A stretch of DNA of 64,000 nt from a virus. The stretch covers positions 54,396 through 118,395 of IMG/VR virus record IMGVR_UViG_3300034683_000041, one strand, 5' to 3'. How positions within the stretch are numbered: position 1 is the stretch's first letter; each line of letters opens with the position of its first letter. This document shows, piece by piece, positions 27,458 to 37,832 of the stretch. The translations under genes and the position numbers were made by a program. The notes beneath the pieces were generated by a model. It searched no databases and was not told where the DNA came from. It saw nothing but the letters and a program-made list of their open reading frames with translations.

Positions 27458-28132
27458 ATGTCCGCACACATGTATTTAAAAGCACTGGAAAGTGAATGGG
27501 CTCTTCCTCTTAAAATCACTAGCAACCTTATAAAGCAGATGGTTGCTAGTTGTGGGTCTGAACCTACAAAAATCAAAGTCATAGAGAAAATAATCTTTCC
27601 TAAGAATTACATAAGCCCATTCGTATTCGCGGGAACGATGGACCCTAAGACCAAGTATTTTCCAAGATCTGTACAATTTCAAGGAATTGATCACATCGAA
27701 CGAGTGAAACCTAAAGATGTTACCAGATGGTTTGAAACCCATAGTTCAGTTTATCGTCAAGATAACTACGGAACTCAAGTTCTACTCAATTCTCAGACTT
27801 TGTCTCCAGAACCAGATAAATTCATACGTAAATTCGATGCAGCAATACCTGGGGTATGTGCTTGTAGACTGTCGGCTATCATAGAGTCTGCAAGTTCTGG
27901 AGCTACTAGAATCAGTTATTACTACACGATAAGAGTCGATGCTCCGGAAAGTCAGATCACTTTGATGAACTACCAAGATGGAAGTTTAAGTCAGACTACG
28001 ACACTTGGAGATTTTATTCGACATTTTTCGCAATACATGGCTACACTGATAAAGACCAGATTTAATCCTACACACATGTCTCCTGATGAAAAAGCTAGTT
28101 TTGAAAAGTTTTCCCTTCTAATACACATTTAA
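27458..28132 (+). CDS. hypothetical protein
   Basis: 224 aa, AGGTG SD. Confidence 0.7.
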   Translation: MSAHMYLKALESEWALPLKITSNLIKQMVASCGSEPTKIKVIEKIIFPKNYISPFVFAGTMDPKTKYFPRSVQFQGIDHIERVKPKDVTRWFETHSSVYRQDNYGTQVLLNSQTLSPEPDKFIRKFDAAIPGVCACRLSAIIESASSGATRISYYYTIRVDAPESQITLMNYQDGSLSQTTTLGDFIRHFSQYMATLIKTRFNPTHMSPDEKASFEKFSLLIHI

Positions 28133-28137
28133 CAAAA

Positions 28138-28165
28138 GTCCTATCTGGTACACTCCAGATAGGAC
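28138..28165. terminator. inverted repeat
   Basis: GTCCTATCTGG-TACACT-CCAGATAGGAC. Confidence 0.65.
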
Positions 28166-28274
28166 CTACTCATCAACAGTATATTTCGGATATCAGAAAA
28201 TATGTTCCGAGAACTGATGGGAAATTATAACTGGTCTGCACTATGATATAGAAAATCTAATCTGGAGGAACTTT

Positions 28275-30497
28275 GTGTCATATAAGTACGATTTTCATTC
28301 CCAAGAACTAGTAGCTGAAGATGTCGTTCACGATAAGATGGCAAGCTTCGCAGAAGCTGTTGCATTAGATAAAGTCATACATGCAGTAGATGGTCTTAAA
28401 AGTGGTTATCGTCGTATATTGTGGGCTATCAGACACCACAAAGAATTCACGAACTTATATTCGTTTGTAGGTAAAGTTATGGAACATCACCCAGTGGGTG
28501 ACAGATCCATCAATGATGCGTGTATGCGTTGTATGCAACCTCATTCTGTAGGCATTCCTCTTCTTGAGGGAAAAGGAAATACCGGCAGATACTACGACGA
28601 AGATTGTGGAGCTAACAGGTACTTAAGCGTACGTATCTCAGAATTCACTCGAGAAGTATTTTTCCAAGGAATAGATCTTAGTACAATTCCTACCGTAGAA
28701 AAACCTACGTTCGATGGGGAAGAACCTAAATTCTTAATCCCTAAACTCCCTATGGCGCTACTTATGTATACGTTGACATTGGGGACAGGGTTTAAATCCG
28801 AAGTCTTTCCTATGAATCTTACGAACTTGTGTAATCTTCTGCTTCGTTATCTGGATCATAGAGCAAAAGACAAGTATGCTCCGTTCTATGTGAATAAATA
28901 TCCGGAATTGTTGATTCCTGATTTTCCTATCAGAAATATCATAACGAATTCGGATCAAATCATTCGCTCTCACGAAAGAGAAGATTATTCTCCTACACTA
29001 AAAGTAGAAGGGATCTTTGACGTTTCTGGACAGAAGATCACGCTAAGAACCACAGTATTCGGAGCTTCGTTTGGCAAAGTCGAACAAAATCTGAAAACTC
29101 TTCTTAGAGATAAAAATTCGTGGATACAAGATCTATTTACAGAATACCACAACCTTGCTACTATTCGGACAGAAGGTGCACTTGAGATCACAGTTAAGAA
29201 AACTGTAGATCCTATCATGGTAGCAAAACGACTTGCTAAAGAGTTGCGGTTGTATAAAGGGATAAAAGCTATACCTATCTACGGATTACCAAACAATACG
29301 TTACGGACGATGACTCCTGCGGAAATAATCGCTTTGTGGTTTAATTACCGGAAAGGTTCTATCATTTCCGGATTAAAACATGATCAGATAGAATTAGTCA
29401 GACAGGCTAATCTATTAAAAGTCAAAATCATGCTTGCAGATCACTGGGATGATGTTATCTCGATTGTCAGAACCCCCAATAGACAACCTGATGATATCCG
29501 AGAAGAATTGCAAGCAAGGTATGCTTTGACCTATGAACAAGCAGAAAATATCCTTCAAGGATCAAGTATCTTGTCGGTTAACGATAAAGTCAAAGATAAG
29601 AACATCGAAGCTCTGAATAAACTTCAAGATAAAATTTCAGAGTTGGCTCAAGCCAGACACAGTCCAGACGACCAAATCGAACAAGATATCGAGTTCTTCA
29701 AAAAGAAATACGGAACTCCTAGGAAAACCAAAATATCACAATATCTAGGACAAGTATTCATTAAGAATGGGAAAAATACACATTCTGTACAGTTTGACGA
29801 TTACGAAGAAGCTCTCCAGTATCTTAAAGATTACCCGACTGCAACTGTTCATGAATACGATCCGGATTGGAAAGTTACTCACTATGTGAATGCAGAAGGG
29901 TTAAGTGTGCCTATGAAAACTACACTACCCAAACGATTCGACGATTATTTACATCTGAGTACACCAAAAAAGCCTTACACTATCACGTTGAATGACTCAA
30001 CTGAAGCTATATTCAAAGGGGTTGTCTTCCCATCCAACCCTAACGTACAATCGTACATCGTCGGAAATAAGTTTTACGGAATCAAACGATCTGGAGAAAT
30101 AACTCTACTCAAACCTTCAGATATGACTAGTAGAAAAACTAAAGATGCTAAAGGTAGACAGACTGAGTACGTACATTTTGTTCCTGCTCACAAGCTTCCA
30201 GGTGTCTTAGTGTATTTCAACGACAAGACTCCAGATGAACTTTATTTCATGGCTATCTCGGAAGAAACCACCAAGTTGAACTTAGGAATCTTTGGAACTC
30301 CTATCTTTCTTGATTGTATTTCTCGAAAGAGGAAACTTCCGTATATTCTGAACTTACCTGCAACTACGGATTCAACTGTAAGTCACATTTACATCGAATC
30401 TATAGAAAAAGTTATGCGAGGTGGAGACTTTATTAAAGTTGCACTGAAACGAAAGTTGAAACGACATCCAGTATCCAAGAATATTGGAATTCTGTAG
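28275..30497 (+). CDS. gyrA: type IIA topoisomerase subunit A (gyrase A-like)
   Basis: DGLKSGYRRIL, HHPVGD, catalytic ANRY, EEPKFLIP; long C-terminal domain; GGAGG SD with GTG start. Confidence 0.88.
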   Translation: MSYKYDFHSQELVAEDVVHDKMASFAEAVALDKVIHAVDGLKSGYRRILWAIRHHKEFTNLYSFVGKVMEHHPVGDRSINDACMRCMQPHSVGIPLLEGKGNTGRYYDEDCGANRYLSVRISEFTREVFFQGIDLSTIPTVEKPTFDGEEPKFLIPKLPMALLMYTLTLGTGFKSEVFPMNLTNLCNLLLRYLDHRAKDKYAPFYVNKYPELLIPDFPIRNIITNSDQIIRSHEREDYSPTLKVEGIFDVSGQKITLRTTVFGASFGKVEQNLKTLLRDKNSWIQDLFTEYHNLATIRTEGALEITVKKTVDPIMVAKRLAKELRLYKGIKAIPIYGLPNNTLRTMTPAEIIALWFNYRKGSIISGLKHDQIELVRQANLLKVKIMLADHWDDVISIVRTPNRQPDDIREELQARYALTYEQAENILQGSSILSVNDKVKDKNIEALNKLQDKISELAQARHSPDDQIEQDIEFFKKKYGTPRKTKISQYLGQVFIKNGKNTHSVQFDDYEEALQYLKDYPTATVHEYDPDWKVTHYVNAEGLSVPMKTTLPKRFDDYLHLSTPKKPYTITLNDSTEAIFKGVVFPSNPNVQSYIVGNKFYGIKRSGEITLLKPSDMTSRKTKDAKGRQTEYVHFVPAHKLPGVLVYFNDKTPDELYFMAISEETTKLNLGIFGTPIFLDCISRKRKLPYILNLPATTDSTVSHIYIESIEKVMRGGDFIKVALKRKLKRHPVSKNIGIL

Positions 30498-30529
30498 ATA
30501 GATGAGTGGGGAATACCCCACTCATCTAT
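30498..30529. terminator. inverted repeat
   Basis: ATAGATGAGTGGGG-AATA-CCCCACTCATCTAT. Confidence 0.7.
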
Positions 30530-30551
30530 AGATATGAAAATATTTGACGGA

Positions 30552-30559
30552 TATATTAC
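30552..30559 (+). promoter_or_regulatory. early promoter core TATATTAC
   Basis: Intergenic, upstream of 30601. Confidence 0.7.
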
Positions 30560-30600
30560 TTTTGTGAGTCTACAATCCTAAAGTAAAAAGGAGTACGATT

Positions 30601-30909
30601 ATGGGAATCTATATCAATCCTCAGGACAGGACTTCAAAAGAAGAATTTCTTAATGCTCATGCCATAGCATTGACAGAAGAAGAATTTCGGCAACACGTAA
30701 ACAGTTCTGACTACGAACAGTACTTTGCATTGGTGTGGATCAACAACGGATACTTCACTGCAGTAGCAGTAGCGTATTGTCCGAGAGAAGCGGCGGATTT
30801 GACTCTGCCCAACGATCTTCGAGAAAAACGGTATTACCTGATTGAAACCGATGTACTGTTAACTTCAAATGTGTTGCGCAAAGACGAGCTCAAATACTTG
30901 CAGAATTGA
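30601..30909 (+). CDS. hypothetical early protein
   Basis: 102 aa, AAGGAG SD. Confidence 0.7.
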   Translation: MGIYINPQDRTSKEEFLNAHAIALTEEEFRQHVNSSDYEQYFALVWINNGYFTAVAVAYCPREAADLTLPNDLREKRYYLIETDVLLTSNVLRKDELKYLQN

Positions 30910-30982
30910 AATGGGGGGGGGTATATCCCTCCCATTCCCGTTATATACGAACAATTATTTTTTTTGAGTCTTGATTTCTCAG

Positions 30983-30990
30983 ATACTATG
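30983..30990 (+). promoter_or_regulatory. late-type promoter ATACTATG
   Basis: TATG core as in phiKZ late promoters; context TTTCTCAGATACTATG shared with 55174 and 57011. Confidence 0.55.
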
Positions 30991-31022
30991 ATCGATCTGT
31001 CCAATCAAATCAGGAGAAAGTT

Positions 31023-31697
31023 ATGAATGCCAAACGTAAAAAAGTTCAAGAATATATTCTTCAAACGATAGCTAAGATGGATCCTACTGGACCTAACGTA
31101 GAACGATACAAGAACATGTTTGCAGAAATGTCAGATCAAGAATTTGACAAATATATGAAGATGTTAAAAGAAGGGACAGTCAAACTTACAGTGTATGCTC
31201 CCAATATGAAAAACTATCTTAAGGTAGAAAACTTATTCAAAGCTGCAGAGTTTGTAAATGCCAAATTGTTCCATCGTATTCTGAGAACAGATCATACTAC
31301 TGGATTGCAGTATTGGAGTAATGAGAAGTATCTGGTAGTTACTCTTCCTATAAGAAGAGCTAGACAATTTTTGATGCACAAGATCTCTGTTGCGGAAAGT
31401 GATCAAAAGATCGATGCATTGACAGGACAGGTAACTAAACCAGACAAAGCTTCCGCAATATCCTTCGTGGAAGCACAGTTACTTGGAGCACAAGGATTAG
31501 AGAAAACTTTAGAAGAGTTTTTAAAAGTTCGTGGTGGAGATGTTCGAGCATTTGGGACATATAAACAACAATTGGAAGAAACCGGAGCTTCTCAGATGGC
31601 AGGACTTGATCCTACTACAGTACCTAGAAGTGCCGTAGTGTTTTCCAATATATTGCGATGCATGTACTACGACAACAATCTAGTTGAGGGGATGTAA
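31023..31697 (+). CDS. virion RNA polymerase beta C-terminal subunit (phiKZ gp149-like)
   Basis: RRARQFLMHKIS, DALTGQVT, EAQLL, EFLKVRGGD correspond to the beta C-terminus (KLxHxxxDK, TQQP, ExLTVKSDD). Confidence 0.82.
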   Translation: MNAKRKKVQEYILQTIAKMDPTGPNVERYKNMFAEMSDQEFDKYMKMLKEGTVKLTVYAPNMKNYLKVENLFKAAEFVNAKLFHRILRTDHTTGLQYWSNEKYLVVTLPIRRARQFLMHKISVAESDQKIDALTGQVTKPDKASAISFVEAQLLGAQGLEKTLEEFLKVRGGDVRAFGTYKQQLEETGASQMAGLDPTTVPRSAVVFSNILRCMYYDNNLVEGM

Positions 31698-31702
31698 GTA
31701 CC

Positions 31703-33064
31703 ATGTTTTCTAAAGACAGATGGAAAGATGCGCAATCCGAAGTAAGTACCGAACAACTAGCTAATCGATCGGCTTTAGATATCGTGGCAAATCTTAAAGA
31801 TACTTTATCTCAGTTCGATACCTCATCCGATACAGATGTTAGTTTAAGTGGAACTTCTAAAGAATCAGTTATAAAAGAAGCACATGCCGAAGTGACTTAT
31901 ACTGAAGCTTTGGGTAGTGTAGTCGGAATAGATCCTGGAACTAATGAATCCATCACCACATTTGTGTCTTCCACGGATCAGGACAAAATAGATAATCCGT
32001 ACTTACAAAATGTCGCTAGTTCTGCAACTGAGATACACTACAGTTCAAAAGACATGCTAAAAGTGTCTCAACTTACGGGACAAGATATATCAGATCCAAA
32101 AGTCGCGGATCGAGAGTTGAAATCTTGGTATAGTGAAAAGTTAAAAGTTCTGGCTGCAAATACTTCTGCATTGCAAGAGTACTTGTCTGATGTACCTTTG
32201 AGTTCGTATGTTGAACACGAAACTCAAGTCCTGAAAGATATTACAGATCCTTCGGATGTTAAAGAGTTCGTAGACACTCGTATGGATGTTCTTCCACCGA
32301 ATCTTAAAAATGCACTCAATACCACTGCAGACAATACTCTTGGAAGTATGTCCAATAGGATTGGAGCTATAGGTAACGGCGTAACTTCTTTGACTAATTT
32401 TGGAGAAGATGCTTGGGATGTGCTACAGAATGGAAACTATCCTGCTATAGCTGACGAATTCGGTAACCCCATAGAAGGTATGGGAGGACTTCGTGTAGGA
32501 TTTAACAAGATCCAAGATCTTTACAAAGATGCTAACTCTTTATGTGATGAAATAGTCAATGCCTTCAAAGAGTTTTCTGGAGCTAAAGACATTTTTGATA
32601 TGCTTTTAAATGAAGCTATCAACAGTGGACTTGGTAATCTCATAGCTGCGCTTTTAAATTGTGGACAGGATACTTCACGTACCAGATACCACGATAGTCG
32701 AACTTCTTATCTTGCATATCTTGGACTTGAAAAATCCAGTTACAATGGAGATCCTTATAGTTTCAAGCAACTTCAAGATTTTCTTGGGGATTCAGCTATT
32801 TACGATGTGAAAGACAGTATGTTCAAATTGGGTAGCAATACAAAGTTTACTGAAGCAGATAAAGTCACATACACAGAACTTCTGAACATGAACAGTATAA
32901 CTGCTAACGAACTTTTTGAAGATACTGATGATTTTGGTATCACTGCGATCGATACAGATAAACTGACAGTAGCTACAAAAAATTCTGATTATTTGCCTAA
33001 CCAGGCATACGACGAAGATACTCAACTACTTGCACTTAATCTGTCTTCTCAATATTTCAAATAA
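31703..33064 (+). CDS. hypothetical protein, probably virion-associated
   Basis: 453-aa acidic ORF co-transcribed with the vRNAP subunit. Confidence 0.65.
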   Translation: MFSKDRWKDAQSEVSTEQLANRSALDIVANLKDTLSQFDTSSDTDVSLSGTSKESVIKEAHAEVTYTEALGSVVGIDPGTNESITTFVSSTDQDKIDNPYLQNVASSATEIHYSSKDMLKVSQLTGQDISDPKVADRELKSWYSEKLKVLAANTSALQEYLSDVPLSSYVEHETQVLKDITDPSDVKEFVDTRMDVLPPNLKNALNTTADNTLGSMSNRIGAIGNGVTSLTNFGEDAWDVLQNGNYPAIADEFGNPIEGMGGLRVGFNKIQDLYKDANSLCDEIVNAFKEFSGAKDIFDMLLNEAINSGLGNLIAALLNCGQDTSRTRYHDSRTSYLAYLGLEKSSYNGDPYSFKQLQDFLGDSAIYDVKDSMFKLGSNTKFTEADKVTYTELLNMNSITANELFEDTDDFGITAIDTDKLTVATKNSDYLPNQAYDEDTQLLALNLSSQYFK

Positions 33065-33070
33065 CTAAAT

Positions 33071-33101
33071 GTATACTGGGACCAATCAGGTCCCAGTATA
33101 C
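33071..33101. terminator. inverted repeat
   Basis: GTATACTGGGACC-AATCA-GGTCCCAGTATAC. Confidence 0.7.
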
Positions 33102-33135
33102 TTATTAATACGTATGACCATCCAAACTACACGGA

Positions 33136-33143
33136 TATATTAC
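33136..33143 (+). promoter_or_regulatory. early promoter core TATATTAC
   Basis: Upstream of the operon carrying the non-virion RNAP subunit, as expected for an early gene. Confidence 0.75.
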
Positions 33144-33207
33144 TAGTTTGATGATGTCTCTTAATGTAGGTTAACTTCTTTTCACGCCTTAGAAAGGAGT
33201 AATTTTC

Positions 33208-34470
33208 GTGCCGTCCGAACAAAAAAGCATACCGATTGCTGAACACTCTGAAGTTGTAAGAAAGTCTCCTATTGGAACCGGAGAACTTCGTCCTGATATA
33301 TACACTGAATGGTGCGTATATAATTTCACTAAACTTCCCATATATATGGGGACATCTGCAGGAAAGATTATCGCTATTCCTGCCCAACCTGGGCATATAG
33401 AAACACAAAGAAACCCTCGTGTGGAAATTAAATCTCGTACTGCTGAAGTTTATCAGAGAAAGGTTATTGGTATACGAGAAGAAGTCACACCTGATCAAAG
33501 TTGTCATGAATGCAGTATTCCCTACAAACTTCTGAGGGATAATCCTGCGGTGTATTATCCTTCTCTTGCCCTCAGCATCTCTTACGATGCTGGTTCTGTA
33601 TTGAACCTCCATCCTTGTCTTTTTAAAGGAGACCGTGATCCTTTGGCGCATGTCAATAAAGACACGTCAACTCCAACAATGTCTCCTTTAGGTGTTCGTG
33701 CCAACGATGCAAGTGGCACAATAAAACAGTTATACATATACACAGATGGAAAATTGTTAACCGCAAAGGTTAACAACGATCCCAATCTTGCCACGTATCT
33801 AGAATTTGTTATGATCAATGAACATGGTCGAGAAATAACAAAAACTTATCCGTTACATCTGATCAGTAGTAAGGTACTGAAAGTTGAGTTTCCGGATTGG
33901 ACTTTTTATGTTTCCGATGTAAAAACCCTGGCAGCTAAAGCCGATAGAGAAATTCGTATAATCGATCAAAAGATCTATACGGAACAAGAACACAACGATC
34001 TCGTAAGAGAGGCTACAACTGAACTTAAAGAAGAACTAGCACAGACCAAACTCAAGTTGGCTGAATCTGACGAAAAATTGAAGTTAGCAGAATCTCGTGT
34101 AGACTCATATCGGCAAGATATAAAACAGATGCGAGAAATGAACCAAGATAGTCTCAAACATACCACGTCGTTACAGCTGCAAGAAATAAATCGACGTACA
34201 AATGAATTGAAACTACAAAAGGAACAAGTCAGCGCAAATTCGACAGAATTGACAGCTATAAGCAACGTTACTAAAGTGCTTCTCGTCGCAGTACCTACAA
34301 TTGTTGCTGGAGCTGTGGCGTACTACTCGTCGACCACAAAAAGTGTAATCGGTGCATGTGTTTCGGGAGCACTCACTGCTTGCAAATCTCTGGTCAAAGG
34401 TGCAGTCAACAAAGTGTGTCAAAGTGTAGGCAGTTTTATCGGTAGTTGTTTTTCAGCTATATTTGGCTGA
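33208..34470 (+). CDS. hypothetical protein with coiled coil and hydrophobic C-terminus
   Basis: 420 aa, AAGGAG SD, GTG start. Confidence 0.7.
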   Translation: MPSEQKSIPIAEHSEVVRKSPIGTGELRPDIYTEWCVYNFTKLPIYMGTSAGKIIAIPAQPGHIETQRNPRVEIKSRTAEVYQRKVIGIREEVTPDQSCHECSIPYKLLRDNPAVYYPSLALSISYDAGSVLNLHPCLFKGDRDPLAHVNKDTSTPTMSPLGVRANDASGTIKQLYIYTDGKLLTAKVNNDPNLATYLEFVMINEHGREITKTYPLHLISSKVLKVEFPDWTFYVSDVKTLAAKADREIRIIDQKIYTEQEHNDLVREATTELKEELAQTKLKLAESDEKLKLAESRVDSYRQDIKQMREMNQDSLKHTTSLQLQEINRRTNELKLQKEQVSANSTELTAISNVTKVLLVAVPTIVAGAVAYYSSTTKSVIGACVSGALTACKSLVKGAVNKVCQSVGSFIGSCFSAIFG

Positions 34471-34496
34471 TGAACTAGTCTAAGGAGGTATGTGAT

Positions 34497-36098
34497 TTGG
34501 CACTTGATGATCTTGTTGTAGCAGCATCAGATGCTCTACCCGATTTTAATAAAGATCTACTGATCGAGTACCGGAAAAGACAAATCCATAATTGTACCAA
34601 ATTTATGGAGAAAGCATTCATTGAAGCAACTAAACACGTCGAAGGTGCAAGGTTCATCGGATCTAAAGAATTGAGTCCGGAAGAGCGTTTAAGGCTACTC
34701 AGTCGCGGAAGACATGTACCTACCATTGATATCAATAGATCAGAACTTAAGGTAGTGGAATTTACATTGGGATATGAAAATCAAATATTTCCTATTCATT
34801 TGTATCTTCCCTACCTTATAGACAATGCTATTGTTGTTAATGGAGCGAAGTATTTCGTACAATTTGCGCTCACCGACAAAGTGTTTTATCACATCCCAAA
34901 ACCGGAAGGTCTTGGGATTAAACTACTAGTAACGCATCTGCGTTTTTGGAGAAATCTACAATATACGGTTAGTGGACTCTACGGTACATACACTAACCAG
35001 ATCATCACAACAAAAATCCATCAGCGACAATATAAACCTACAAAGGAGGACATTCTTACTGCTCTTATCTTGTATCCTATCTGCTGGTACGGATGGAGAA
35101 AAACGTTAGAGATATTCGACATCAATCCGGAAGATGTCGAGTTTGTTCAGCATCCCAACAGAGAAGACAACACCTACGAATACATCTGCATTCGAGAAAA
35201 AGATAACGATAGTATTTGGATGAAAACTCGTCCAGAACTGTTATCTGAAAAAGATGCAGAATCTCGAACAAAAGCCAGAGTCATTGCGTCTATTTTGTAC
35301 GTACTGACTTATTTCGACAAATACCCGCAAACGATGTTTTCAGACAACAAAGCGCTTATTTCGTATCTCACTGATGATCCAGACAATGTGGTCTGGAAAG
35401 TCATTTTAGGAAAATCGATTTATGGAATCGACGAGAACGAAAGAAAAGCTATAGGATACTCTGAACATCATCTAAGTAGCATGACCACTTATCTGGATGC
35501 GACTACTAAAGTCAATCTGGAAGCTTCTGGAGTTTATGTCAATGATGTGATGGAACTTATAGTGTACATCTTCAAAAACATAGACTCGCATGTGGTTAAA
35601 CGGACACCGTCGGATCTTAGCAATAAACGTATCAACATGATAGATCTGTTGCTTGGATCAGTTGTACAAAAGTTATTTCGCAGAGTATTTAACTACACTA
35701 ACCACAAAAGTGGTATAACTGGAGATGCATCAAAAATCTTCAGACTTCCCATCAAATCCTTCACTGCACTCAACAAATCCGGTGCAATTTTGGCAATCAA
35801 TCCGTCTACGTACAATGACAACGCATTGATAAGTGTTCTTGCAGGAAAGAAACGGACTACTCATTCCTCAGGAACAATTTCACGTAAACAGGGAGTCAAT
35901 ATCCAATCGACAGATCACAGGTACCATCCTACGTGGTCAGTTGTGGAATCGGCGACATCTATCAGCATCCAGCATCCGGATATCTCAGGAGATATCAATG
36001 CTCTTGCTTGCCAGATCGATGATGCTGGTAATATAGTTATCCCTGATTTTGCACAGGCATTCATATCCGATATGATGGATCTGATTGTCACTTCATAA
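34497..36098 (+). CDS. non-virion RNA polymerase beta N-terminal subunit (phiKZ gp123-like)
   Basis: IHLYLPY...IVVNGAKYFVQFALTD (beta 'FIINGxERV' region), DLSNKRI (cf. DHLGNRR), HPDISGDIN. Confidence 0.78.
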   Translation: MALDDLVVAASDALPDFNKDLLIEYRKRQIHNCTKFMEKAFIEATKHVEGARFIGSKELSPEERLRLLSRGRHVPTIDINRSELKVVEFTLGYENQIFPIHLYLPYLIDNAIVVNGAKYFVQFALTDKVFYHIPKPEGLGIKLLVTHLRFWRNLQYTVSGLYGTYTNQIITTKIHQRQYKPTKEDILTALILYPICWYGWRKTLEIFDINPEDVEFVQHPNREDNTYEYICIREKDNDSIWMKTRPELLSEKDAESRTKARVIASILYVLTYFDKYPQTMFSDNKALISYLTDDPDNVVWKVILGKSIYGIDENERKAIGYSEHHLSSMTTYLDATTKVNLEASGVYVNDVMELIVYIFKNIDSHVVKRTPSDLSNKRINMIDLLLGSVVQKLFRRVFNYTNHKSGITGDASKIFRLPIKSFTALNKSGAILAINPSTYNDNALISVLAGKKRTTHSSGTISRKQGVNIQSTDHRYHPTWSVVESATSISIQHPDISGDINALACQIDDAGNIVIPDFAQAFISDMMDLIVTS

Positions 36099-36125
36099 AG
36101 CACTCAACCTACAATAAGGATAGTT

Positions 36126-37673
36126 ATGTCAAGGTTTTTATCTGACCCTCAGGTCGAACGACTGTATACTGAAGTAGCTACCGACGCTCTGAGTCAAATC
36201 GATTCTGATTATACGTTGGATGACCGAGAATATCGGCACGTAAAAGATGTTGTCTTTCGGAATCCGGATTTCATAGATACTGTCATCAAGAAATCAGTGG
36301 ATCACAATCGACGAATTCAGAGCCAAGATCTGTTCGATGCTATCATAGACGAACTTGAGTACTCGGTTCTGGATGTCGATCCTAGACGGGATGATCGCCG
36401 GGCAGGATATTCTCGATCAAGACGAGATCCGTATGACGATCGTGGGTATTACAACCAAGATTATCGGAGCACTCGTGGACGTCGTGATGAAAGAGGCGGA
36501 AACAATACACGTGGGATTTATAGTAGACATCAAAAATCTGCTCCTGAAAGACCTGAAAGAGAATCCAAAAAAGAACGTTCTCGCAATACCGCATCAAGAG
36601 CAACGTCCCCTAGTTTTGTATTCATGAAGGACAATCAGGGATTGACGACTGAAACTCAGTCGAAAAATCACCCCACAGAATCTTCGTCTGCCGCAGAGCT
36701 GTCGGTGTTCCAAACCGTAGCCACTACCAAAGGACAAGTGGATGTATCAAAAGTGGATATTGAATACCTTATTCATTCTAAAGATCAGGCATTCAATATC
36801 ATCGAAAAACATCTTCCTCAGGTACTAGTGGCACCTAAAAGTTTGGTCATCAGCAGTTATCAGCAGTTAAACTGGATCCGTTTAGAATCTGCATGCGCTA
36901 CATCTCTCAAGTCAAGAATGGCTTCGCTGATAACTAAGTTGGAAAGTTGTTCTACATTTTCGACATTCTTAAGAACCATTGTTCCCATCTTCTCGACACT
37001 GCCGTCTTCGCGATACACCGAGTGGATTCGAAACAGATTCAATGAGATGCTTGGAAAGTATTACATCAGTCCGGAAAATCCCAATTGTTTCCCGGTTATA
37101 GGAGACTGGAAAAGTTTTACTATCTTGGAAGATAAAAACACTCCGGAATTGCGAACGATCAACGAAACCATTCGAGATTTCGATACATTCGTCCAAGAAT
37201 TATATCTTGGATTACTGGATACGTTTTTCTGGGATACAAATGATGACGGAACAAAAGTTTCGCGCATCATCGATATAGAACAGCATCTTCCTACGGTATG
37301 TGCTGCTCCTGGATTGGACGTAGTAAATGACAACGGGCCGATCGTCAATTCACTCACTAAGAGTGATGCGAAAGAGCAAATAACAAAAGCATTTCAAGAC
37401 AAATATCTGTTCTTTACTACCAAACAGACATCTATATTTGTTAAAGGTAAAGCTAAAGATATTCTTCCTGCAAATGCAGTATCCATCTTGCCGGGATGCG
37501 GTAGTGTACCGGAACATCTCGCATTCGAAACTATAAGTCAAGCAATGATTGATCAATGCTTAGCGACCCGTACTGGACTGCCGAACGTAGATCTGTATTT
37601 TACCGAAGATCTGCATACCAAGTATGCTTTCAGTTCTACAACTGAAGGCATCACTGTGGTGAAGAAAGTATAA
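36126..37673 (+). CDS. hypothetical protein with R/D/Y-rich low-complexity segment
   Basis: 515 aa, AAGGA SD. Confidence 0.75.
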   Translation: MSRFLSDPQVERLYTEVATDALSQIDSDYTLDDREYRHVKDVVFRNPDFIDTVIKKSVDHNRRIQSQDLFDAIIDELEYSVLDVDPRRDDRRAGYSRSRRDPYDDRGYYNQDYRSTRGRRDERGGNNTRGIYSRHQKSAPERPERESKKERSRNTASRATSPSFVFMKDNQGLTTETQSKNHPTESSSAAELSVFQTVATTKGQVDVSKVDIEYLIHSKDQAFNIIEKHLPQVLVAPKSLVISSYQQLNWIRLESACATSLKSRMASLITKLESCSTFSTFLRTIVPIFSTLPSSRYTEWIRNRFNEMLGKYYISPENPNCFPVIGDWKSFTILEDKNTPELRTINETIRDFDTFVQELYLGLLDTFFWDTNDDGTKVSRIIDIEQHLPTVCAAPGLDVVNDNGPIVNSLTKSDAKEQITKAFQDKYLFFTTKQTSIFVKGKAKDILPANAVSILPGCGSVPEHLAFETISQAMIDQCLATRTGLPNVDLYFTEDLHTKYAFSSTTEGITVVKKV

Positions 37674-37679
37674 TTACCA

Positions 37680-37713
37680 TATAGACTGGGTACTTCATTG
37701 TACCCAGTCTATA
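37680..37713. terminator. inverted repeat
   Basis: TATAGACTGGGTAC-TTCATT-GTACCCAGTCTATA. Confidence 0.7.
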
Positions 37714-37832
37714 CTTAAAAAAACTTTGTTTTTCCAGGAGAACGTTATCGTAAATATTTGTTACGGATTAATTACTTGAACAAGGTACTTGTGACAGCTA
37801 TTGACGTATAGTTATCTTAAACTGGAGACCAT

